DNA from: Alphaproteobacteria bacterium
Lineage (GTDB): Bacteria > Pseudomonadota > Alphaproteobacteria > RF32 > CAG-239
Direction: 5' to 3'
NCBI GenBank assembly: GCA_047975765.1
Contig: JBKEEF010000013.1
Coordinates: forward strand, 67,727-131,726
Length of the DNA stretch: 64,000 bases
Shown here: positions 48,862-58,690 of the stretch, in pieces
Layout: the number at the start of each line of letters is the position of its first letter
Numbering within the stretch: position 1 is the first letter of the stretch
Position numbers and translations under genes: made by a program
The notes under the pieces: generated by a model
What the model saw: the letters and a program-made list of their open reading frames with translations, nothing else
Databases searched by the model: none
Told to the model about the DNA's origin: nothing

Positions 48862-49332
48862 ATGTCCAAGGTAAATAAGAAGGCTAAGGTTAATCGTTCT
48901 AATATAAAATCAAATACTAAAGTATCAAAAATAGGGTCTTTGGCAGATAATAATAGATTTAAGTGGGCTTTGAGAAGTGATATTGTTGACTGGGATTGGA
49001 GACATAATGATTTCAGTTTTGGAGATAAAATAAAAGATTTGCTTATCTTTTATAATAAAATAAAGCCAACTTTAGATAGCTATGCACAAATGACATGGGA
49101 CGAAGTAAATCTAAGAAAGCATTGCCATTCTTGGGACATTACCTATCTTCATAGTGATTTAATTAAAAGATTCAAAGACAGATTTAGGTCTGAGGAATGT
49201 TCAGAAACGCTTTATCAAATAAATATTAATCAAAAACATAGGATAATAGGCTTCAAAGAAGGCGAGGTTTTTTATATTATGTGGAATGACCCTAATCATA
49301 AGGCTTATATTACACAAAAAAAGAATACATAG
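48862..49332 (+). CDS. candidate toxin partner of the PanA-like gene (novel; RelE/YoeB-like C-terminal motif)
   Basis: 156 aa, basic N-terminus, C-terminal HRIIGFKEGEVFYIMWNDPNHKAY. Starts 16 bp after the PanA-like stop. Confidence 0.35.
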   Translation: MSKVNKKAKVNRSNIKSNTKVSKIGSLADNNRFKWALRSDIVDWDWRHNDFSFGDKIKDLLIFYNKIKPTLDSYAQMTWDEVNLRKHCHSWDITYLHSDLIKRFKDRFRSEECSETLYQININQKHRIIGFKEGEVFYIMWNDPNHKAYITQKKNT

Positions 49333-49442
49333 TTAAATAGTTCTTGACATCATTCAGAATGTCGTATTATAAACAAATTAAGATGTAGAAGTGTGTGAAT
49401 GTTTCTGCATCTTTTTTTATGGAAACATAAAATAAAATTCTA

Positions 49443-49472
49443 AAGCCCTGAGTTCGTTCTCGGGGTTTTTTA
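49443..49472 (+). terminator. rho-independent terminator preceding phage tRNA
   Basis: AAGCCCTGAGTTCGTTCTCGGGGTTTTTT. A second hairpin plus T-run lies at about 49385-49425. Confidence 0.5.
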
Positions 49473-49473
49473 T

Positions 49474-49549
49474 TGCGAGATGGAGAAGATGTTATCTCGT
49501 TCCGCTCATAACGGAAAAATCGTAGGTTCAAATCCTACTCTCGCAACCA
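49474..49549 (+). tRNA. phage-encoded tRNA with CAT anticodon (Met or Ile2)
   Basis: Manual cloverleaf: acceptor TGCGAGA/TCTCGCA, D-stem GAGA/TCTC, anticodon stem TTCCG/CGGAA with loop CTCATAA, T-arm GTAGG-TTCAAAT-CCTAC, discriminator A, encoded CCA. Only position 19 is atypical. Confidence 0.6.
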
Positions 49550-49645
49550 ATTTAATTTAAGGAAATATAATGTCGGATATTAGCCAAGTTTGGAATAAGA
49601 ATTCAAACTCAATCGATCAGCAATATAGAGATAACTACAACAATA

Positions 49646-50164
49646 TTGACTGGCCTTCAAAACGAGAGCAAGAAAATGACAACAAAAACACAGAAGAAAG
49701 CGATAACTCCTAAACAGGAGATGTTTTGTCAAAATGTTGTTTCTGGAATGAATAATCTTGAAGCATATCGTGCCGTGTTTTCTAATAATCAATCGGATAA
49801 AACTGCAAGAAATAACGCATACAGACTTACGCAACTTGACCATATTAAAAATAGAATTGAAGAACTTAATAAAAAAATTGAAACGAAACTTATTAAAGAA
49901 CTAGCTTATTCTAAAGAAGAGAGTTTTAGGAACTTTGAAAAGGTTCAAGAGTTGGCACTTGAAAAAACATATTTTGACAAGCCTGCACCTGATTTGAATA
50001 ATTTTATCAAAGCTGAGGAGCTTAAAGGAAAGTTATTTGGACTTTATAATCTAGATAAATCTAATATACCAGCAGTAGATTTTAACATAAACTTAAAACA
50101 ATCTGTTTCCCAAGAAGATTTAGAAAAAATGACGGCCTTAATTATAAAGGAGATTAATGAATAA
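49646..50164 (+). CDS. terS: terminase small subunit
   Basis: KQEMFCQNVVSGMNNLEAYRAV...KTARNNAYRL is Terminase_2-like. Sits immediately upstream of terL. An alternative start is at 49676. Confidence 0.72.
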   Translation: MTGLQNESKKMTTKTQKKAITPKQEMFCQNVVSGMNNLEAYRAVFSNNQSDKTARNNAYRLTQLDHIKNRIEELNKKIETKLIKELAYSKEESFRNFEKVQELALEKTYFDKPAPDLNNFIKAEELKGKLFGLYNLDKSNIPAVDFNINLKQSVSQEDLEKMTALIIKEINE

Positions 50165-50177
50165 TAAGGAGTGAGTT

Positions 50178-51713
50178 ATGAATCCATTGTTGCTAGGTTC
50201 TTTCCTACTTAGTCAGCCATTTGAGATTTGGCTCAGATTCTTGTTTAAGAAAGTGGAAAGTCGTCCTTTTGTTGTTGAAAATGTACATAGGAGTATTTTT
50301 GAAACCTATGAAAACATTTTCAACATGAATGAAGATTACACATTCACAAATTTAAATCTTCCGCCCAGGTCTGGAAAAACTATTATTGCTGAATATTTTC
50401 TTATTTATTGTCTTCTAAAGGCTGCAATAAATAAAAAGGGAACAAATTGGATATATATATCATATTCAATTAAACTTTTGAAAGAAGTATCATCTGGTAT
50501 TAAAAATATTGTAGAATCACAGATATTTAAATTATTGTATGGAGATCAGTATTTCAATATTCATCAATCTGATATTGAATTTACAGATGATGCTTTCGAA
50601 GATTACTATAAATCAATTGGTGAAAGTAAAGAAGTTATTAAATTTTCATCAACAGATATTACGCTTGGTAGAAGCAGAATTGTTCTTTCTCCTCTTGGTG
50701 GGCAAATCACAGGATTTGGTGCTGGTGTTCGTGGTGGAGAAGACTATGTTAGCGGTGGTATATTCTTAGATGATATTAATAAAATTCAAGATACTGTACG
50801 GTCAGAACTTTTAAGAGAAAAAACAAGACAATATTTTTCAGGTGTTATTTTCTCAAGAAGAAACAATCCAAAAGTTTTAATTATGAACATTCAGCAACGT
50901 GTTCATATTGAAGATATGACGGGATATTTAGAAGATACATACAACTTCAAGACAATCAAAGCTCCTTTGATTGGGGAAACAGGAATATGTCAAATTCCAA
51001 GTCAGTATGACCAAAGAACTATAGATATGCTTAAAAAGGATAATTTTACTTTTCAGGCTCAATATCAACAAGATCCAATTCTCGAAGGTGGATATCTTAT
51101 TAAAACAGATTTTATTAAAAGATTTGAAGAACCTTTGGTGACCTATAAACAAATGTTTATTGTTTGCGATACAGCTTTTAGCGAGAAGAAGTCATCAGAT
51201 TTTTCCGTCTTTGGGTTGTTTGGAATAGATGAAAAAAATAATATTTGGCTTGTTGAAGGTTATTGTAAGAGAGTTTCATTTCCAGACTTGAAACGAGACT
51301 TAAGGAGTTTTTACCTTTCTGCAGTATATAAATTTGGTAAATATAACAATATAAGCACAATATATGTTGAAAATAAAGGCTCTGGAATAAGCTTAATTCA
51401 ACAGTTGAGGGAAGATGGACTACCAATAAAAGAGCTATCACCAACATATTATAATGCTGAGTTTAAGAAAGAAGAAGTTTCTGATAAATATACTAGGTTC
51501 TTAGAAATATCCGCTGACATAGAAAGCGGATATTTTTATATGCCTAGAGAAGCTCATTTTTTAATGGAACTTATTCGCCAATGTGAATCTTTTACAGGTG
51601 GTAAACAATCCTATCATGACGATTGGGTTGATGTGCTTATATATGCTTTAAAAATTAGAAGAAAAAATATTCAAGATATTGATTGGCAAAATTTCGGGAA
51701 CATATTTAGATGA
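50178..51713 (+). CDS. terL: terminase large subunit
   Basis: Walker A PPRSGKT. C-terminal RNaseH-like nuclease with CDTAFSEKKSSDFSVFGLFG. Confidence 0.88.
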   Translation: MNPLLLGSFLLSQPFEIWLRFLFKKVESRPFVVENVHRSIFETYENIFNMNEDYTFTNLNLPPRSGKTIIAEYFLIYCLLKAAINKKGTNWIYISYSIKLLKEVSSGIKNIVESQIFKLLYGDQYFNIHQSDIEFTDDAFEDYYKSIGESKEVIKFSSTDITLGRSRIVLSPLGGQITGFGAGVRGGEDYVSGGIFLDDINKIQDTVRSELLREKTRQYFSGVIFSRRNNPKVLIMNIQQRVHIEDMTGYLEDTYNFKTIKAPLIGETGICQIPSQYDQRTIDMLKKDNFTFQAQYQQDPILEGGYLIKTDFIKRFEEPLVTYKQMFIVCDTAFSEKKSSDFSVFGLFGIDEKNNIWLVEGYCKRVSFPDLKRDLRSFYLSAVYKFGKYNNISTIYVENKGSGISLIQQLREDGLPIKELSPTYYNAEFKKEEVSDKYTRFLEISADIESGYFYMPREAHFLMELIRQCESFTGGKQSYHDDWVDVLIYALKIRRKNIQDIDWQNFGNIFR

Positions 51714-53659
51714 ATTTAGTAAATAAGATATTTGGAAAAAATAACAATAAGAATAAAGATAAAATACAAAATGATTGGATAGGTTTCAATTTTTCTCTAA
51801 AATCTTTGGAAGATAAAGATAAAATTGTAGAAATAGTTGAACCAAAAACATTAGCAAATATGCGTCTTGAAGGTAATGCTAATGATTATGGTTCAGGAAA
51901 GGGAATAAAATTATATAATTCTCATAAGCTTAAGATGGATAATCAGTGGGTTAATCCTTTTAGTTCTGTAAACACTGGGTATGGAACTGCCCATCTTTCA
52001 TTATATATGTATCAACCAGTTAATTATTACCAATGTGCTGTTATGGCACAAGATCCACTTTTTGCAAGGCTATTTAGTATTTTATCTGATGAACCCCTTG
52101 CTAAAGGCGGAGAAATAAGAACAAAGGATACAAAAGAAGATAAATTTTTTGATGAAATTGATGTCTTGGTAACAAGATATAAAATTATTGAGACTGTTAA
52201 ATTAGCTCTTAAAAAATCTTATAGCTTAGGTGGTTGTCTGGTTTTAAAAGATTGCGGGTCCAACAATCTAGAGTTACCATTTAGAAAATCAGATTATAAA
52301 AAATTCAAGGGATTTAGAATTATTGAACCTATGAATTGTACAGCTGTTGATGTTAATACTACAGAACCTGCAAAAGAAAATTATATGGACCCAGATAAGT
52401 GGTATATTATTGGTTTAGGAGTCGTCCATAAAAGCCATGTTATTAAATTTTCATTAAATGAACCTGAAGAATTTCTTAAGCCTATTTGTATGTATTTGGG
52501 AATGCCTTTAACGCAAATATTAAAGCAAGATGTAGCAAATTCAAATCTAGCTTCTCAAGGTCTCGCAAATATGATGAACAGATTTAGAAATATATATCTC
52601 AAAGTTGACGATACAAATTTTACTGGATCTGGAGCTTCTAATTTTAGATCGAGACTTGAAGCTATGGGGATATTACAAGATAATTTTAATGTCACTCCTC
52701 TTAAAAAAGATGAAGATGTTGTTCAACTTGTATCATCAATAGCTGGAATGAATGAATCTGTTGAGCTTTTCTATCAAATTGTAGCTTCAAAATCAGGTGT
52801 TCACTTCTCAAAATTATTCAAAACATCTCAAGGTTTAAATAATGATGGAGAAGGTGACAGAACAAATCATTATGATAACCTTAAAGCAGTTCAATCATAT
52901 CTTTCTCCAAAAATGGTTGAGATGTATAATATTATTGGAAAAATATATACTCAAGATGATGATTTTGAATTTATAGCTTATGATTTTAATGAGCTTGAAA
53001 TTCCTACACCAAAAGAGAAAGCGGATCTAATTAAAGCACATATTGAAGCAGGAAAAAATCTAACAGAAATGGGGGCTAAACGTGAACAGGTCTTTGAATG
53101 GATAAAAAGAAATAAAGAATTTGATTTAGAAGATATTGAACTTGATTTAGAAACAGATTTTCTTGATGAATATGAAGAAAAAGAAGTTAGTGTTCATAAT
53201 GAAAAATTTATTGAAAGTGATCATACAAGAGATGAAGATGGAAAATTTACAAGCACTGGTTATTCTCGTGATACATCAGAATATTTATCCAAAGAAACCA
53301 AAGATTTTTTGGGCGAAAAATTTGAAGGATTTAAAGGAAGAGATGCTATTGATAAATTGATGGGAGAAAAAAGAGGATATGTTCCTAATGCATTTAGCCG
53401 TAAAGATATTGGAGATGTTTCTTTAATATGGGGTGATGATGAAATGGGATTGCAACATATTATTAAAAGAAGAAAAGAAACAAACCAGCCCATTGGAAGA
53501 CTTTTCGAATCATTAACAGAAGTTATTGAGAAAGGAAATATTTCAGAAGGCAAGAAAGGAAGATTTGAAATAAACTATAAAGGCAAGTTAGCAATTATTG
53601 AGCCCAAACTTTACAATGAAACGATAAATTTTCTTTTTACTGCTTATTACGAAAGATAA
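51710..53659 (+). CDS. portal protein with C-terminal extra domain
   Basis: 649 aa between terL and MuF, with an ATGA overlap onto terL. An acidic linker at about residues 465-495 is followed by a C-terminal module of about 150 aa. Confidence 0.65.
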   Translation: MNLVNKIFGKNNNKNKDKIQNDWIGFNFSLKSLEDKDKIVEIVEPKTLANMRLEGNANDYGSGKGIKLYNSHKLKMDNQWVNPFSSVNTGYGTAHLSLYMYQPVNYYQCAVMAQDPLFARLFSILSDEPLAKGGEIRTKDTKEDKFFDEIDVLVTRYKIIETVKLALKKSYSLGGCLVLKDCGSNNLELPFRKSDYKKFKGFRIIEPMNCTAVDVNTTEPAKENYMDPDKWYIIGLGVVHKSHVIKFSLNEPEEFLKPICMYLGMPLTQILKQDVANSNLASQGLANMMNRFRNIYLKVDDTNFTGSGASNFRSRLEAMGILQDNFNVTPLKKDEDVVQLVSSIAGMNESVELFYQIVASKSGVHFSKLFKTSQGLNNDGEGDRTNHYDNLKAVQSYLSPKMVEMYNIIGKIYTQDDDFEFIAYDFNELEIPTPKEKADLIKAHIEAGKNLTEMGAKREQVFEWIKRNKEFDLEDIELDLETDFLDEYEEKEVSVHNEKFIESDHTRDEDGKFTSTGYSRDTSEYLSKETKDFLGEKFEGFKGRDAIDKLMGEKRGYVPNAFSRKDIGDVSLIWGDDEMGLQHIIKRRKETNQPIGRLFESLTEVIEKGNISEGKKGRFEINYKGKLAIIEPKLYNETINFLFTAYYER

Positions 53660-53801
53660 AAAAAGCCGTGCAAGAGGGGTTTACTAATGCACGGTTACCT
53701 GATTGACAGACACTGATTGGGGGCTAGCCCCTTCCTCAATCAACTTTTATGAAATAATAGTATATTAATATAATCAAATTGTCAATAAAAAAGGATGTAA
53801 A

Positions 53802-54662
53802 ATGAGAGGTCTAACAGTTGATACTTCACCTAAAAGACCATATTCAGAATATTATTATAGGAATGCTCTTGAAAAAGAGACAGATAAGTTTTTGAAGAAG
53901 ACAATAAGTACCTCAAAAAGACATTTCTTAAACCTTGAGAAAGAAAAAAATAATAGAGGTTTTGAAGACATTATAAAAGCTTTTGTTTCTTTATATGTTG
54001 TCAATTACGGAATATATATAAAAAATTCCGAGAAGATTGTTAATAAGTTTCTGAACATAGCACAAAAAGACTCTGCTGTTGCCTTCAAACGAGCAATGAA
54101 AAAAATTACAAAAGAAAATCTTTCATTTAATTTAAATGCACCTATTTTTAAGGATGTATTGAAACTTAAAATTAGACAGAATGTTTCTTTAATTAAGACA
54201 ATATCAACCCAGTCTTTTTCAAATATAGAAACGATTGTTTATGATGCTGTAACCAAAGGTCAGGGATGGGGAGAGATTGAAGAAAGTTTATTTCATCAAT
54301 ATCATATTTCTACTGAAAAAATAAAAAAGATTGCAAGAGACCAAGCTGCTAAGACAACTCAATCTCTAAATGAACTGTCACAGAGACAATCAGGGATTGA
54401 GTATTTTGAATGGCAGACTATGGAGGATGAAAGAGTATCTGAAGGATTTGGGGGGCATGAAAAACTTAATGGAAAAATATATAAATGGGGCGATACTGAA
54501 AATTACCCCATTATTGATTCATATGGAAATCGTGGTGTTCCTTCTGAAAGGGTGAACTGCAGATGTATTGCTTTGGCAGTTATACTCAGAGAAAATGAAG
54601 TATTGATTAAGCAAAGCGATGGTAGTTATAAAAGGGAAATAAAGAGAAATGCAAAAGTTTAA
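53802..54662 (+). CDS. head morphogenesis protein (Mu gpF / SPP1 gp7 family)
   Basis: ARDQAAKTTQSLNELSQRQSGIEYFEWQTMEDERVSEGFGGHEKLNGKIY...RVNCRCIA matches Phage_Mu_F. Confidence 0.82.
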   Translation: MRGLTVDTSPKRPYSEYYYRNALEKETDKFLKKTISTSKRHFLNLEKEKNNRGFEDIIKAFVSLYVVNYGIYIKNSEKIVNKFLNIAQKDSAVAFKRAMKKITKENLSFNLNAPIFKDVLKLKIRQNVSLIKTISTQSFSNIETIVYDAVTKGQGWGEIEESLFHQYHISTEKIKKIARDQAAKTTQSLNELSQRQSGIEYFEWQTMEDERVSEGFGGHEKLNGKIYKWGDTENYPIIDSYGNRGVPSERVNCRCIALAVILRENEVLIKQSDGSYKREIKRNAKV

Positions 54663-55776
54663 GATTGAAAATAATTCATCTCTTCGTCACAAAGATGATA
54701 ATGGATATCTCTATGTCCAAGAAAGTCCTATCTTAAAAAGTGGAGTTTTAGAATATTATGGAGAAGAACTTATTAGAGGTGGTAGTGACGTAATTGATGG
54801 AGTTAATATAGACCCTGATAAGATATATAAAGTTTATATTTCAGTTGATGAACTTGAAAAATCAAAAGATAGTTTTACTCTCCTTCCGATTGTCAATGAT
54901 CATACTTGGCTTGGAGATGAAGGGGATGATGCTAAGGACTATCAAGAAGGCACGACAGGAGAAAAGGCTGTTGTAAAAGATGGCAAAATTTATGTTCCTT
55001 TAAAATTCACAGGTAAAGAAACAGTTGAATCCTTGGAAAATAAGGAAAAAGAAGAGTTATCTGCGAGCTATACAAATAAACTTAAAAAATCAGATAGTGA
55101 ATATGATTTTGTAGCTACGGAGATAAAAGGCAATCACATTGCCTTGGTTGAACAGGGTCGATGTGGCTCTGATGTTAGAGTATTAAATAACAATATGGAG
55201 ATTTCAAAAATGAAAACCAAAAATGAAGAAGAAAGCAAAGTCGATAATGAAGACAAAAGAAAGCTAATTGATGAAGTTGCTGGAATTTTGAAAGACAAAA
55301 TCGATGATGAAATTTTAAAAAATATCATTAAGAAAATTGAAAAATTATCTTATGATACATCTGAAAATTCAAAAACAGATAATGAAGATAAAGAAGAAAA
55401 GTCTGAAAATGAAGATGATAAATCTGAAAAAAAAGAAGTTAAGTCTGAAAATGAGGACAAAGAAGATGAAAAGGAAATTGCTAAAAAGGTTGAAAATTCA
55501 ATTATAAGCAAAATTTCTAAGGAAAAGGAAGAACTTTCTAAAGCATATAATCATGCAAAAGCAGCAGGTATTGAGGTTGATCCTTTTGGATCAACAGCAA
55601 AAGATATTTATGTATCAGTTCTTAACCATAAAGGTGTAGAAGTTGATGGTAAAGAAACAACTAAGGAGCTTGAGCTTATGTTAAGAACTTGTAATGCTGT
55701 GTCAGTGAAAGTTGATAATGCTTATAATTATGGGTCTTCAGATAAAAATTTAGAAGAAAAAACATTTAACTTTTAA
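54649..55776 (+). CDS. putative scaffolding protein (DUF2213-like N-terminus, acidic K/E/D-rich middle)
   Basis: Position between MuF and capsid. Long charged low-complexity segment. Confidence 0.5.
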   Translation: MQKFKIENNSSLRHKDDNGYLYVQESPILKSGVLEYYGEELIRGGSDVIDGVNIDPDKIYKVYISVDELEKSKDSFTLLPIVNDHTWLGDEGDDAKDYQEGTTGEKAVVKDGKIYVPLKFTGKETVESLENKEKEELSASYTNKLKKSDSEYDFVATEIKGNHIALVEQGRCGSDVRVLNNNMEISKMKTKNEEESKVDNEDKRKLIDEVAGILKDKIDDEILKNIIKKIEKLSYDTSENSKTDNEDKEEKSENEDDKSEKKEVKSENEDKEDEKEIAKKVENSIISKISKEKEELSKAYNHAKAAGIEVDPFGSTAKDIYVSVLNHKGVEVDGKETTKELELMLRTCNAVSVKVDNAYNYGSSDKNLEEKTFNF

Positions 55777-55794
55777 TCATAGAGGAAAATAAGA

Positions 55795-56262
55795 ATGCAA
55801 AATCAAGTATATATTAATAACCCAGTCTTTAGGGTTGGACAAGTAACTCGTGGCAATCCTGCTATTAAGTTACCAAGAATTGTTGAAGGATCTGATGTTA
55901 AAATCGGGTCCTTTGTTTTTGAAGGAACTGAAAAAGGTCAACAAGTAACTGGAAAAGATGCTTCTGCAACATCTGTTGCTGGATTGATTCTTTTTGAAAG
56001 ATATCAAGTAGCAAAGAATGGTTTTGATGATAGTCATAAACTTGAAATCATTGAAGGTTCAGAAGTTGCTACATATCAAACTGGATTTGGTGCTGTAATT
56101 TCTTCAACAGCTTCAACGTATCGTCAAAAAGTAGGTGTTAATCCTACAACTGGTGAAATTGAAACATTTGATGCAACACCAAGTACGGGATTTATCGATA
56201 CTGGATGGTTGGTAGAAACACCTGCAGGGGCAAATGAACCTTGCGAAATCTTTAAAATCTAG
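55795..56262 (+). CDS. putative head structural / decoration protein
   Basis: 155 aa between the scaffold and the major capsid gene. Confidence 0.35.
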   Translation: MQNQVYINNPVFRVGQVTRGNPAIKLPRIVEGSDVKIGSFVFEGTEKGQQVTGKDASATSVAGLILFERYQVAKNGFDDSHKLEIIEGSEVATYQTGFGAVISSTASTYRQKVGVNPTTGEIETFDATPSTGFIDTGWLVETPAGANEPCEIFKI

Positions 56263-56273
56263 GAGAAAAAAAG

Positions 56274-57311
56274 ATGAAGATACAAGTAAATAACTCTGTT
56301 GGTTTGAACCATAGAGACAACACAAAACTTTTAAACGAAGCAATAAGAAAAGGTATTATTGCTGTTGATAACTCTACCCATTTTATTGGTGGCGTATCAA
56401 GCGTAGCTCCGCTTGGTGCTTTGAATTATATCAGACCAGAGGCAATTGAAATTTTGACTGCTCCATTAGAGGCTGATGCAATTGCTACAGCTCAGAAAAA
56501 TGGTAATTGGGGAGACGAATCTGTTACAATTAAATTGAAACAATTTAGTGGCTCTACCTCTCCAGATGACGGAACCCCAGATGATGGGAAAAATTCAACA
56601 GCTAATTATAACACAACTGCTCGCGGAGTTTATTATTATAGAGCAGACTGGAAATCATCTGACAGAGATGAAGCTTCTGTTGGAACAGCGTTCAAGGAAA
56701 ACTATCGTGCAGATCAAGCAAAAGCAGCAATGACAAGTTTGAATATTGATAGAAACTCATTTTTCTTCAGCGGTATTAAACTTAAAAATTCTCCTCTTGC
56801 CGTTTATGGTTTTTTGAATGAACCTTCTCTTGGTGCTTATAAAACGGTTCCTGCAGTAAATAGCAAGAGAAAATGGGAAGAAAAAGAACCTCAAGATATT
56901 GTAAATGATGTTGTTCTTGCTTTTCAAGATATTACTTCTAAATCCAATGGATTAAATAACAAATTTGGAGGTAAATACAAGTTGAATATTGCTACAGATT
57001 CTATTGGATATATTGATAGAGCCAATAGTTACGGTGTAACTGCTCGAAAGCTTTTGAAAGAAATGTATGGTGATAAGTTAGAAATTATTGCAGTTCCTCA
57101 ACTTTCTAAAGCAGATTCAAATTCAGATGTTTTCTATCTTGTTTTTGAGAGCACAATTGCACCAACAGTTATAAACAGCTATGTTGAGCTTGCAAGAGCG
57201 TATCCTTTGTTCCAAAAACATAGTGAGGTTTCTCAGAAAATCTCTGCAGGAACTTCTGGATGTGTTGTTCAATATTCAATGTTTATTACCAGATATAATG
57301 GTATTGGTTAA
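56274..57311 (+). CDS. putative major capsid protein
   Basis: 345 aa. Position after MuF, scaffold and a small protein. The structural-protein-like composition is itself only a weak indicator. Confidence 0.55.
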   Translation: MKIQVNNSVGLNHRDNTKLLNEAIRKGIIAVDNSTHFIGGVSSVAPLGALNYIRPEAIEILTAPLEADAIATAQKNGNWGDESVTIKLKQFSGSTSPDDGTPDDGKNSTANYNTTARGVYYYRADWKSSDRDEASVGTAFKENYRADQAKAAMTSLNIDRNSFFFSGIKLKNSPLAVYGFLNEPSLGAYKTVPAVNSKRKWEEKEPQDIVNDVVLAFQDITSKSNGLNNKFGGKYKLNIATDSIGYIDRANSYGVTARKLLKEMYGDKLEIIAVPQLSKADSNSDVFYLVFESTIAPTVINSYVELARAYPLFQKHSEVSQKISAGTSGCVVQYSMFITRYNGIG

Positions 57312-57356
57312 GTTAAGGGGAGTTTTCTCCCCTTTATTTATTTTTGGAGAAGTAAA

Positions 57357-57686
57357 ATGAAGATTATTATCAAAAAAGGAACGAATGCCTCTGCTTTTAA
57401 ACTTAGTAGTGGCATCATGATTACACTAACACCTGACTTGATTTCACCCATTAAGGATGAAGATTTTGAACTTTTAATGGAAGAATATGGAGATTTTATC
57501 ACTCCTCGCATTCTCTCAGATAAAAACCCTAGTGGATGTTTCATTATTAATAATAAAGAAGCAAACGCACAAGCGCAATCTTCTGAAATTGCTAATGAAA
57601 CTCAAGATAATTCAAGACAATTAACTGAAGAAGAAGCAAACGCACAAGCGCAATCTTCTGAAAAAAAATCTAAAAAGAAAGGTTAA
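57357..57686 (+). CDS. hypothetical phage protein with internal EEANAQAQSSE duplication
   Basis: 109 aa. A direct 33-nt repeat lies at 57551-57585 and 57624-57660. Confidence 0.35.
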   Translation: MKIIIKKGTNASAFKLSSGIMITLTPDLISPIKDEDFELLMEEYGDFITPRILSDKNPSGCFIINNKEANAQAQSSEIANETQDNSRQLTEEEANAQAQSSEKKSKKKG

Positions 57687-57689
57687 TAA

Positions 57690-58100
57690 ATGGAGAATAT
57701 AGCTGTAGAACTTGATGAGTTCTTGCTTAAGTTCCCATATTTTGTAAATAAAAATATATCTCAAGTAGGATTAGATGCTCAATATCCTTTAATTGGAACA
57801 TATATTTCCACAAAATATGGTGAAATTATTTTAGATAGAAACTTACAAAAACAAGGTGTCTATTTAGCGATGGCGCATATTATGTATTTGCAGCTAAATC
57901 CTTCTTCTTCAAGACCTGTTTCAAATGTATCGCAAGGTTCAGAAAGTGCAGGATTTGAAAAAATGCCTACAAATGATTGGCTTGAATATGTTTTAGGAGC
58001 TACTATGTATGGGAGAGACCTTATTTTGATTTTGAGAAAAGTTCAGCCTAAAATGGCTATTAGACCTTCAAGTATTTATCCATATTATGGGGGATTTTGA
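57690..58100 (+). CDS. hypothetical head-tail joining region protein
   Basis: 136-aa ORF in the structural operon. Confidence 0.35.
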   Translation: MENIAVELDEFLLKFPYFVNKNISQVGLDAQYPLIGTYISTKYGEIILDRNLQKQGVYLAMAHIMYLQLNPSSSRPVSNVSQGSESAGFEKMPTNDWLEYVLGATMYGRDLILILRKVQPKMAIRPSSIYPYYGGF

Positions 58101-58690
58101 TGAGGGGGAATTGTGAGGTTAATACTTCAGATGTTGACAAACTTTTTGATGATTTAATTGAAGAATTAAAAAATACTCAAGGAATCAAGGTTGGCTTTAT
58201 GAATGATGACAAATACCCCAATGGAAGATCTTTAACACAAAATGCTATCACTCAAGAATATGGAGCAATTATAGATGTTCCAACAAGGAAAGGCAAAGTT
58301 TATCATTCAATCAATGAAAAAACAGGTAATTTTAAAAGAAGCGGTAAATTTACAAAACTTTCTAAATCAAATTTAGTGAGAGATGTTCTTAGTCCCGCTC
58401 ATAAGATTATCATCCCTTCTCGTGCTTTTATGGAAAAAGCTTTTAATAAGGCTAGTAGTTGGTATGATTTTTTTGTTTCAAGACTAAATGGATTTAGAAC
58501 TCTTCAAGACGCAGTTAATGATGTTGGAGAGGAAATGAAAAAAGATGTGCAACGAGCTATTATGGAAATTGATACGCCTGTAAATGCCTCAAGTACGATA
58601 AGAAGAAAGGGAAGTTCTAAACCACTTGTGAATACTGGTCATATGGTTGGAAACGTTCAAAAAGCGGAGATAACAAAAAATGATAGATAA
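58097..58690 (+). CDS. hypothetical head-tail joining region protein
   Basis: 197-aa ORF with overlapping start and stop. Confidence 0.35.
   Translation: MMRGNCEVNTSDVDKLFDDLIEELKNTQGIKVGFMNDDKYPNGRSLTQNAITQEYGAIIDVPTRKGKVYHSINEKTGNFKRSGKFTKLSKSNLVRDVLSPAHKIIIPSRAFMEKAFNKASSWYDFFVSRLNGFRTLQDAVNDVGEEMKKDVQRAIMEIDTPVNASSTIRRKGSSKPLVNTGHMVGNVQKAEITKNDR

Noticed and set aside
49570-49713. 47-aa ORF (MSDISQVWNK...) with an RBS just after the phage tRNA
   Set aside because: It overlaps the likely terS start. This may be a real small gene or simply the 5' part of terS in another frame. It is not resolvable without homologs.
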